Shown here: one piece after another, positions 8,808 to 16,159 of the stretch
Layout of the letters: the number at the start of each line of letters is the position of its first letter
How positions within the stretch are numbered: the first letter of the stretch is position 1
Assembly: GCA_046726415.1 (NCBI GenBank)
Contig: JBKPAK010000036.1
Coordinates: forward strand, 1-16,659
Reading direction: 5' to 3'
DNA length: 16,659 nt
Origin: Candidatus Methylomirabilota bacterium
GTDB taxonomy: Bacteria; Methylomirabilota; Methylomirabilia; Rokubacteriales; CSP1-6
The notes under the pieces: generated by a model
Databases searched by the model: none
Told to the model about the DNA's origin: nothing
What the model saw: the letters and a program-made list of their open reading frames with translations, nothing else
Position numbers and translations under genes: made by a program

Positions 8808-9569
8808 TCAGCCCGGAAGAACGCCGTCCTTCACCAGCGACCGCCGATATGCCGCCACCACGTCGGATGGGAATCCCTGGGCGGTCACGTGCCCTTCCTC
8901 GAGGAGCAGGGCGGTATCGCACCACCGCTCGACGAGGGAGAGGTCGTGGCCGGCGAGCACGATCGTCTTCCCCTGCTTCTTGAAGTCGTCCATTTTCTGA
9001 AGGCACTTCCGAACAAAGACCTCATCGCCGACAGCGAGCACCTCGTCCACGAGCAGGATGTCGGGATCGACGTGCACCACCACCGAGAATCCGAGCCGCA
9101 TGTACATGCCGGAGGAGTAGGTCCGCACGGGCGCGTCGATGAAGTCTTCGATGTCGGCAAAGTGGACGATCTCGTCGAAGCGACGACGGATCTCCTGCTT
9201 CGGAAGCCCCAGGATGATGCCGTTAATGTAGATGTTCTCTCGCCCGCTGAACTCCGGGTGAAAGCCTGCCCCGAGCTCGATGAGGGCGGAAACGCGTCCC
9301 CGCGTGACCACGCGGCCGCTGTCGGCCTTGTAGATCCCCGCGATCACCCGCACCAGGGTGCTCTTGCCGGAGCCGTTCCGGCCCACGATCCCCAAGGTTT
9401 CCCCCGCGCCAACGGCCACGTTCACGTCGGTGAGGGCTTCGACGAACTCGAGCGGCCGGGAGTCGTTCGAGAACGCGCGGGTGAGCGACGTCTTGAAGGT
9501 GGTGTAGCCGCTGCGCAGCTTTACCTTCTTGAAGCGCTTGTTGACTCCCTCGAGGAAGATGGCGTCCAT
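8808..9569 (-). CDS. wzt: Polysaccharide ABC exporter ATP-binding subunit (Wzt/TagH-like), 253 aa, no C-terminal carbohydrate-binding domain
   Basis: Walker A GRNGSGKST, ELGAGFHPEFSGREN, signature YSSGM, Walker B ILLVDEVLAVGD. ATG at 9569 sits 1 nt after the wzm stop. Confidence 0.95.
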   Translation of the reverse strand: MDAIFLEGVNKRFKKVKLRSGYTTFKTSLTRAFSNDSRPLEFVEALTDVNVAVGAGETLGIVGRNGSGKSTLVRVIAGIYKADSGRVVTRGRVSALIELGAGFHPEFSGRENIYINGIILGLPKQEIRRRFDEIVHFADIEDFIDAPVRTYSSGMYMRLGFSVVVHVDPDILLVDEVLAVGDEVFVRKCLQKMDDFKKQGKTIVLAGHDLSLVERWCDTALLLEEGHVTAQGFPSDVVAAYRRSLVKDGVLPG

Positions 9570-9570
9570 C

Positions 9571-10347
9571 TCACAGCGTTTCGGCGAAGGCTTGCTTGTA
9601 CCGGTTGAACATCGCGGCGCCGATCGAGAGTAGCACACACGCACACGCCAGCAAGCCGAGGAGCGGCGGCCAGCTCGGCAGCCGGTTGAAGTAGAGCACA
9701 TCCTGGAAGGCGGAGACGAGGATGGCGAAGGGATTCATCAGCGCCCACGGCCGCAGGGACTCGGGAACTAGCGAGAGCGGGTAGAAGACCGGCGTCAGGA
9801 ACTGAAGCACGGTCAGCAGATGGACGATGATGTGCTGAAGGTCGCGGAAGTAGATATTGACGGCGGAAACGATCAGGACGAGCCCGAGGACCAGAAGGTA
9901 TTCGAGCGCCATGAGCGCGGGGAGAAAAAGGAGCGGGGTCCCGAGGTTCACCCGGAAGGCGATCAGAAACGCAAACAGCAGGGGAAGCGTGAACACAAAG
10001 TTGACCGTGTTGGCGGTGAGGGTGACCACCGGCAGGACTTCCGCGGGGAACTGTGACCGGGTGACGAGCCCGCTGCTATCGAGGATCGACGTCACGCCCT
10101 GCTGGAGCGAGGAGGAGAGCCACATCCAGGGGAGAAGGCCACTGAAGAGGAAGGCTGGATAGTTCTTCATATCGATGCGCAAGTACACGGAGAAGACCAG
10201 GGTATAGACGAGCATGAGCAGCAGGGGATTGAGCAGCGTCCACAAGAACCCGAGCACCGAGCCGCGATAGCGGAGTTTGATCTGCTTGGCCACGAGCACG
10301 CCAACCAGCTCTCGGTACTTGTAGAGGACTCGACACAGATCTAGCAT
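9571..10347 (-). CDS. wzm: Polysaccharide ABC-2 exporter permease (Wzm/TagG-like)
   Basis: Motifs KLRYRGSVLGFLWTLLNPLL, YFRDLQHI, FLTPVFYP and LMNPF, with multiple hydrophobic helices. Lies directly upstream of wzt. Confidence 0.95.
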   Translation of the reverse strand: MLDLCRVLYKYRELVGVLVAKQIKLRYRGSVLGFLWTLLNPLLLMLVYTLVFSVYLRIDMKNYPAFLFSGLLPWMWLSSSLQQGVTSILDSSGLVTRSQFPAEVLPVVTLTANTVNFVFTLPLLFAFLIAFRVNLGTPLLFLPALMALEYLLVLGLVLIVSAVNIYFRDLQHIIVHLLTVLQFLTPVFYPLSLVPESLRPWALMNPFAILVSAFQDVLYFNRLPSWPPLLGLLACACVLLSIGAAMFNRYKQAFAETL

Positions 10348-10645
10348 GGCAGCTTCGGCTCAGCCTCGTCAGGACACAAGAACCGAGGGCGCGGCGTTCT
10401 CAGGGCACGCCAGTCTCCGGCTCCATTTCTTTGACATCGCTTCTCGGAGCTGCCGCGCGAACCTGGCGACAGAAGTCCGCGGCTGCTCGGTCCGATCGTC
10501 CACCTCCCGGGCGCACGCGTATCGTCGGCCGCCGGCGCGCTATGTGGCAACAAGGGCGACGCGGCGTTCTAGAGCATGCCCGAGCTCCGCAGCCGCGCCC
10601 GTCCTACCGGCAGATCTTACGACGCTTAGGGAAACGGCGACACGG

Positions 10646-10690
10646 CTGATGATCGCCGCATCGGCCCTCGCCGATGGCGGCGATCATCAG
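10646..10690 (-). terminator. Strong inverted repeat (20-bp stem, 4-nt loop, 1-nt bulge); probable terminator or stabilising hairpin
   Basis: ctgatgatcgccgcatcggc-cctc-gccgatggcggcgatcatcag, 10 nt downstream of the stop of the minus-strand gene ending at 10701. There is no immediate U-tract. Confidence 0.6.
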
Positions 10691-10700
10691 ATGCCCGCCC

Positions 10701-11075
10701 TCACCGCGTCTTCGCGCTCTCGGCCAGGTGGTTCGTGAGCGCCATGGCTGCCGTGCTGAGCGGGGCCTGCGCATTCTGACGGCAATACTCGTTCAACCAG
10801 ACGATCGCGATCTGCGGATCGCCGACGCGACTCCCCGTGAGCCACTCGGCAGCCGTGAGGAAGCCCTGCAGCCAGTCGACGTACCCGAGAGCTTGGTTCC
10901 GCCGTGCCGCGTCGAGGTACCGTTCGCAGCGGGCGCTGCCGAGTCCCCAGACCGAGGGTGGGGCCTGCGCGAGAACTTGGGCGGGGACGGCGAGCGCGAT
11001 GCCCACGAGGGTGAGCGCGATCAGGCTGCCCGTCATCATCGCTGCCACCCTCGGCGGTACATGAGCCTTGCTCAT
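10701..11075 (-). CDS. Small secreted hypothetical protein, 124 aa, two Cys; HdeA/Rap1a-like pattern
   Basis: AGGAGG RBS (11081-11086) precedes ATG 11075. Signal peptide ends in ...PAQVLA-Q. Pattern GSARC...WLQGFLTA...WLNEYCRQN...LSTAAMAL. Confidence 0.75.
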   Translation of the reverse strand: MSKAHVPPRVAAMMTGSLIALTLVGIALAVPAQVLAQAPPSVWGLGSARCERYLDAARRNQALGYVDWLQGFLTAAEWLTGSRVGDPQIAIVWLNEYCRQNAQAPLSTAAMALTNHLAESAKTR

Positions 11076-11266
11076 CCTTTCCTCCTGCCTGTGAGTGATG
11101 GGGTGATGGGCCGTCCCCCGCGCCGGGTACCGCAAGGCTGTTGGCCGAGTCGGACCGAAGTTGATGAGAGGAGCGTGCTGATCGGAGGACGTGGCTCCTC
11201 GACACCACGGCTGCCGGGTGGGACTGACGGCGGTGGCGCGTGGTGGGTCTGCCGGCTCTGCGCACC

Positions 11267-11470
11267 CTACCCGAAGGGATGCCCGACGAAAGCTTGGATC
11301 TCCTCCAGCCAGGCGTAGACGAGTATGAAGACCAGCAGGAGGGCCAGCATGCTCAGTATCTCGCGAGGCGTCGTCTCGGTGCCCTTCGTGATGGCGCCAT
11401 CGAGAAAGGCCACGATCTTCCGCCGGGTCGTTCTCGCCGCATCGCTCATCATGTGCCGCTCCTCGGACAT
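11267..11470 (-). CDS. Small single-pass membrane hypothetical protein, 67 aa
   Basis: GAGGGG upstream of ATG 11470; C-terminal hydrophobic segment ILSMLALLLVFILVYAWL. Confidence 0.6.
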   Translation of the reverse strand: MSEERHMMSDAARTTRRKIVAFLDGAITKGTETTPREILSMLALLLVFILVYAWLEEIQAFVGHPFG

Positions 11471-11548
11471 GGTCGGCCCCTCAGATTCGGCCGCGCCGCA
11501 AACCATACACCGAGGGTCCCAGGCGGCAGAGCTAGCGTGGTATCTGGA

Positions 11549-11557
11549 ACTATATCA
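11549..11557 (-). promoter_or_regulatory. Putative extended -10 promoter (TGaTATAGT)
   Basis: The minus strand reads TGATATAGT, matching TGnTAnnnT, in a locally AT-rich patch ~80 nt upstream of ATG 11470. No -35 element was seen. Confidence 0.4.
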
Positions 11558-11714
11558 GTGATTCGGGGTAATCTGCGTGGACCTTTTGGGAGCGGTCAGT
11601 CCCTCCAAGACTTCTGGGAGCCTCTCAGGTAGCATCGCTGGCATGTCCGATCTGCGGGGCAGCACTCGAGGGACGAAAGACCGCGTGCCCGAGGGGGAAT
11701 CTGCAGATCTTCCT

Positions 11715-12050
11715 TCATCGCGGAAAGAGAGACTGATCTTTCGGGGTCAAGCGACGAGCGCAGTCCTCCAACGCGTGCTTGCGTCCGTTGAGGACGCACT
11801 CCTTGGTGTTCAAGTCCTCGCACGCCGGCGTGGGTACATCCATCTTGTGGTACAGATCGCCGCACCGGCAGGTGCACCAGTATTCCCAGCGGAGAGGTGG
11901 CGCGATAAACACCTCCCCGGTCGGGTCTACCGGGCGACCGCTCACCACCTTCTCCGGAGCTCCGGGGGCAGAGAGCCCCTGGGCCAGGACCGGCGCAGAG
12001 AGGGCGCATGTCGTGGCGAGCGCGATGAGAATCGCGGGAAGGTACTGCAT
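11715..12050 (-). CDS. Small secreted cysteine-rich hypothetical protein, 111 aa
   Basis: GGGGAGGG RBS precedes ATG 12050. Signal peptide MQYLPAILIALATTCALSAPVLA-Q. The mature part has six Cys (CTCRC, C, C, C). Confidence 0.7.
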   Translation of the reverse strand: MQYLPAILIALATTCALSAPVLAQGLSAPGAPEKVVSGRPVDPTGEVFIAPPLRWEYWCTCRCGDLYHKMDVPTPACEDLNTKECVLNGRKHALEDCARRLTPKDQSLFPR

Positions 12051-12282
12051 TGCCCTCCCCTCTCGTGGCAGACTGTCAGGACGGGCTAGACCAGGAGCCT
12101 CCCGACCTGACCTCATCGTAGCTCAACAGCCCCGACCGGGATCGACGAGCCTTGGGGTGAGCCGCGAGGACCGCGGCGCCCCTGGCGAACTAGCTTGAGT
12201 CAGGCCAGCGAAGCGAGCCCGGAATGAGAATCGCGCAGCGCCTTGCGGCGTGCCGGTGACGGAGCTGCAGGAGTGACGAGCC

Positions 12283-12546
12283 ATGGACGCCAACAAATTT
12301 CATGACCGGGCCATGACCGCGCTCGACACGCGTGCTGGCAAGTGGCACTGCATCTCGTGCTGGGCTCAGGCGGCTGACCTCACGTCGGCTGAAGATCAGC
12401 AGCGTCTCAGTGCTCTCGCGCGGTCATTTCTGGCCAGCACAGACCCCGAAGCAAAGCGCGGAGGCACCTGCGACGCCGGCCGGCATCAAACCGGAGGCCT
12501 CCTGGTACGAGCGGCAGCTCGTGGGCCCGCCGCCGAGCGCAGGTAG
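12283..12546 (+). CDS. Small hypothetical protein with HCxxC and CxxxxH motifs (possible Zn binding), 87 aa
   Basis: AGGAG upstream of ATG 12283; motifs WHCISCW and TCDAGRH. Confidence 0.6.
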   Translation: MDANKFHDRAMTALDTRAGKWHCISCWAQAADLTSAEDQQRLSALARSFLASTDPEAKRGGTCDAGRHQTGGLLVRAAARGPAAERR

Positions 12547-12611
12547 AAGGCGCTCCCGCCCGAGGTGGAACCGGCCGGCCTCGCGACCTCATCCCAAGGG
12601 CGGAGGTCGCG

Positions 12612-12989
12612 ATGGAGGCAATCGACGAGTTCCCCGGGGTCCTGCGCGCCCTGGCCGTTCTCGTCGCCCTCGTCGGCATGTGGGCGGGGCGGCGCGGCAT
12701 TGTGCTCTTCGTCCGGGGCGTCCGCCATGCGGACGACGCGCGAGCGTCACTCTGAGTCATCCGGGGGATCCGCGGGGCATGGCCGTGGCGGTGAGCGCCG
12801 GCGCCCTGGCCGGCGGCCTGCTCTTTGGCGAGACGGTTGCGTGTCTTCGGGGCGATCTTCCTCGCCGAGGAACTCTACGAGACCGGCGTGGTCGCGCTGA
12901 TTCTCCGCGCGGCTCAGCGCCGAGAACGAGAGTCAGCTGAACCGGTGTCCGATGTCTCACCGGCGCGGGCGCGGAATCATGGCCATTGA
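12612..12989 (+). pseudogene. Disrupted small multi-pass membrane protein gene (one nonsense codon, two frameshifts)
   Basis: GGAGGT RBS (12602-12607) and ATG 12612 give MEAIDEFPGVLRALAVLVALVGMWAG...ASL, then TGA 12753-12755, then VIRGIRG. A shift at GGGG 12774-12777 gives MAVAVSAGALAGGLLFGET. A shift at ~12836 gives LRVFGAIFLAEELYETGVVALILRAAQRR... ending at TGA 12987-12989. Confidence 0.7.
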
Positions 12990-13010
12990 CAGCTCCGCGC
13001 CGGCGGGTCT

Positions 13011-13895
13011 CTACACCCGCGCGACGTCCGACCGGCCGAACAATCCGTGCGGCCGCACAAAGAGCATGGCGATGAGCACGAGATAGGAGGCGACAGTGCT
13101 GAATCCACCGCCGAGGGAGGGATCCAGGTAACCGGCGGCCAGAGCCTCCAGGAGGCCAATGGCGATGGCCCCCACGATGGTGCCCGGGATGCTGTCGAGG
13201 CCGCCGATGATGACGATCGGGAAGACTTTGAGCCCGACGAGCGCGATGCCGAATCCGCCACCCGACACGAACGTCCACAGCGTGCCACCCAGGACGCACA
13301 GCGCGCCCATCATGACCCACGTCATGGCGAAGTGCCGAGAGAGGTCGATGCCGACCGCCATGGCTGCGTGCTGATCGTCGGCGATGGCCTGCAGGGCCAA
13401 TCCCGTCCGACTGCGCCGAAAGAACCAGGTCACCGCAGCGATGGCCAGCGCGGCGACGAAGGCCGCCGCGAGCTTGTCCGTGGCGACCGGCACGCCGTGC
13501 ACGCTCAAGGGACCTGACGGGATGGGGAGCGAAATCGCCATGGGGATGCCTCTGAAGGCCACGGCCACCACGCCCCGAATCAGCGCGCCGAGGCCGAGGG
13601 TGACCATGATGAGGGAGATCAACGGCTGCCCCACCAGTCGGCGCAGGATCAGGCGGCTGAAGGCAAAAGCCAGCGCCGCCATGCCCATACCCGCGAGACC
13701 GAGGGCGCCGAGCAGGCTGAGCCCCATCGCGTGCAGCCCCGCGGCCACCAGGACGGACGCCAGCATGACCCATTCGCCCAGGGCGAAGTTGATCATGCGC
13801 GAGGCCTTGTAGACGACCACGAAGGCCAGGGCGATCAGCGCATAGATCGCGCCGGCCAGCGCGCCGTCCACGAGCAAGGAGACGAAGAAGATCAC
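13011..13895 (-). CDS. livH: Branched-chain amino acid ABC transporter permease (LivH-type)
   Basis: Motifs GAIYALIALAFVVVYKASRMINFALGE, RTGLALQAIADDQHAAMAVGI, IIGGLDSIPGTIVG and LFVRPHGLFG. Confidence 0.92.
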   Translation of the reverse strand: MIFFVSLLVDGALAGAIYALIALAFVVVYKASRMINFALGEWVMLASVLVAAGLHAMGLSLLGALGLAGMGMAALAFAFSRLILRRLVGQPLISLIMVTLGLGALIRGVVAVAFRGIPMAISLPIPSGPLSVHGVPVATDKLAAAFVAALAIAAVTWFFRRSRTGLALQAIADDQHAAMAVGIDLSRHFAMTWVMMGALCVLGGTLWTFVSGGGFGIALVGLKVFPIVIIGGLDSIPGTIVGAIAIGLLEALAAGYLDPSLGGGFSTVASYLVLIAMLFVRPHGLFGRSDVARV

Positions 13896-14226
13896 GATTC
13901 CGCGCCTGGTTGGGGATCCCGTCGGCTCAGGTGATCGTCGTGCGAGTCGACGCAGCGATGGGTCTCGAGGCCACGATGGCCTGCGTCGACGGCGACGGCT
14001 CGACGCGGCGCGGTCCGGCCGTCATGGGCTCGAGCAACCTGAACCATCGTGGCCGCCGGGCGAGGCCAGCGGACGCGCGATCTGGGCCGGCGCCTGGGCG
14101 GGCCGCATCACGGCGCAGCATGGCATCCCGCAGTCGTGTCGGTCAACGGCGCCCCGGACCATCCGAGCGTGGTGGCGGGACGCCGCCCTCATGCCCGCGG
14201 CCTCCGGTCTTCGTGTCGCTCGGGGG

Positions 14227-14256
14227 AATCTAACGGGACTGACAGATCGCTGACAG
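14227..14256 (-). promoter_or_regulatory. Tandem 7-nt direct repeat at 11-bp period (OmpR/PhoB-box-like) with a -10-like hexamer
   Basis: The minus strand reads CTGTCAG-CGAT-CTGTCAG-TCCCGT-TAGATT (repeats at 14239-14245 and 14250-14256; hexamer at 14227-14232), in the divergent livH/APC-permease intergenic region. Confidence 0.5.
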
Positions 14257-14325
14257 GTCCGCCGCCCAACGTACGCGCCGCCGGCAGCCGTGGACGCCAT
14301 TCAGGCCTGAGCGTAAGATCGGCTG

Positions 14326-16146
14326 GTGCGCGCGCGGAGTCTGAAGAAGCTGTTGCTCGGCACCCCGCTCCCTACTGCGCAGTCGCGTCACGAACGACTC
14401 GGCAAGGCCACGGCCCTCGCCGTCTTTGCCTCGGATCCTCTGTCCTCGGTCGCCTATGCCACCGAGGAGATCCTCCTCGTTCTCGCCGTGGCCGGATCGG
14501 CCGCCCTGAGTTACTCGCTGCCCATCGGCATCGCCATCGCGGTGCTGATCGCGATCGTGGTGAGTTCGTATCGCCAGACGATTCGCGCCTATCCCCAGGG
14601 CGGCGGGGCCTACATCGTGGCCCGGGATAATCTCGGCACGGTCCCGGCCCTGGTGGCCGGCGCCGCACTCCTGACCGACTACGTGCTGACGGTGTCCGTG
14701 AGCGTGGCCGCCGGGGTGGCCGCCGTCACCTCGGCGCTGCCGGTGTTGTTTCCGTACCGGGTGGCGCTCGGCGTCATCGCGGTGGTCGGCATCGCGGTGG
14801 GCAATCTCCGCGGCGTGCGCGAGTCCGGCAAACTCTTTGCGGCTCCGACGTATCTATTCGTGGCCAGTCTGTTCCTCACCATCGTCTACGGCGCGCTGGG
14901 GGCCATCTTCGATTTCCTGCCCGAGGCCCCTTTCGAACCGCATCGGCCTGGGCTGGAGGGCGTGGGACTCTTCCTGCTGCTGCGCGCCTTTTCGTCAGGG
15001 TGTGCCGCGCTGACCGGGGTGGAGGCCGTCTCCAACGGCATTCAGGCGTTTCGGCCGCCGGAGGCGGACAACGCGCGCACTGTCATGATGTGGCTCGGGG
15101 CGATTGCCATTGTCTTGTTCCTCGGCACGACGTTCCTAGCGTACGACTTCGGCCTCACTCCGAAGGCCGACGAGACGATCGTCTCGCAGCTGGCCCGCCG
15201 CCTGTTCGGCACCGGCGTGCTGTACTACGAGATCCAGGCGGCCACCATGCTCATCCTCTTGCTCGCGGCCAACACGTCCTACGCCGACTTCCCCCGCCTG
15301 TCGTCGTTCATGGCCCGCGATCGGTTCATGCCACGCCAGTTCGCCAACCAGGGCGACCGTCTCGTCTTCTCGAACGGGATCGTGATCCTGACCGTCCTCG
15401 CCGTGCTGCTCCTCGTCGTGTTTCAGGGAGACACTCACGCCTTGATTCCGCTCTACGCCGTCGGCGTCTTCATCTCCTTCACGCTCTCGCAGAGCGGCAT
15501 GGTGGTGCACTGGCTGCGCCGGCGAGAGCGGGGGTGGCGCTGGCGCGTGTGGGTCAACGGCGTGGGCGCCCTGGTCACGGGGATCGTGATGCTGACCATC
15601 GCGGTGACCAAGTTCGCGCATGGCGCGTGGATCATCGTCCTGGTGATCCCGGCCCTGCTGCTCGGCTTCCTCGTGGTCAATCGGCACTATCGCCATGTCG
15701 CCGAGGAGCTGTCACTCGAAGGATTCGAGCCGAAGGCCATTACGCGGCACTCGGTGTTGGTGCTGGTCGGCGACCTTCATCGCGGGGTGGTGGCGGCCCT
15801 CGCCTACGCGCAATCGCTGTCGCCCTCCGCGAAGGCCATCTACATCGAGATTGATCCGGATCGGACGCGGAGGCTCGAGGAGCGATGGGGCAAATGGGGG
15901 CAAGGGGTCCCCCTGGTGGTGCTGACGTCGCCGTATCGATCGCTCCTCCGCCCCCTCCTCAACTACATCGAGCATCTGCAGGCACACGGTGAGCGCCACG
16001 TCGTGACCATCGTCCTGCCAGAGTTTATCCCCCGGCGATGGTGGCAAAACCTCCTTCACAATCAGACCGCATTGCTGATCAAAGGCGCGCTGCTCTTTCG
16101 CAAGGACGTCATCGTCACCGACGTGCCGTATCACTTGAAGCATTGA
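14326..16146 (+). CDS. APC-superfamily permease, KimA/YdaO-like (putative K+ transporter)
   Basis: Motifs LKKLLLGTPL...ERLGK...ALAVFASDPLSSVAYATEE, YRQTIRAYPQGGGAY, DYVLTVSVSV, GCAALTGVEAVSNG and ANTSYADFPRL. The C-terminal cytosolic domain contains SPYRSL...PEF...WWQNLLHNQ...VPYHL. Confidence 0.93.
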   Translation: MRARSLKKLLLGTPLPTAQSRHERLGKATALAVFASDPLSSVAYATEEILLVLAVAGSAALSYSLPIGIAIAVLIAIVVSSYRQTIRAYPQGGGAYIVARDNLGTVPALVAGAALLTDYVLTVSVSVAAGVAAVTSALPVLFPYRVALGVIAVVGIAVGNLRGVRESGKLFAAPTYLFVASLFLTIVYGALGAIFDFLPEAPFEPHRPGLEGVGLFLLLRAFSSGCAALTGVEAVSNGIQAFRPPEADNARTVMMWLGAIAIVLFLGTTFLAYDFGLTPKADETIVSQLARRLFGTGVLYYEIQAATMLILLLAANTSYADFPRLSSFMARDRFMPRQFANQGDRLVFSNGIVILTVLAVLLLVVFQGDTHALIPLYAVGVFISFTLSQSGMVVHWLRRRERGWRWRVWVNGVGALVTGIVMLTIAVTKFAHGAWIIVLVIPALLLGFLVVNRHYRHVAEELSLEGFEPKAITRHSVLVLVGDLHRGVVAALAYAQSLSPSAKAIYIEIDPDRTRRLEERWGKWGQGVPLVVLTSPYRSLLRPLLNYIEHLQAHGERHVVTIVLPEFIPRRWWQNLLHNQTALLIKGALLFRKDVIVTDVPYHLKH

Positions 16147-16159
16147 GCTGACCGCGCCT

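Noticed and set aside
10604-10611. ops/JUMPStart-like GCCGGTAG upstream of wzm (minus strand)
   Set aside because: It mismatches GGCGGTAG and lacks the rest of the element; expected by chance in GC-rich DNA.
11580-11640. CTCTCAGG suggesting a glycine riboswitch
   Set aside because: The GGAGA and CCGAAG core elements are missing and there is no suitable downstream plus-strand gene.
14200-14325. c-di-AMP (ydaO) riboswitch upstream of the KimA-like gene
   Set aside because: Only GGGGGAA matches; the GCUGAA and CCGUCAGCUAA-type conserved blocks are absent.
12757-15854. Alternative-frame ORFs 12757-13773 (-) and 15000-15854 (+)
   Set aside because: They are Arg/Gly/His-rich off-frame readings of livH and the APC permease.
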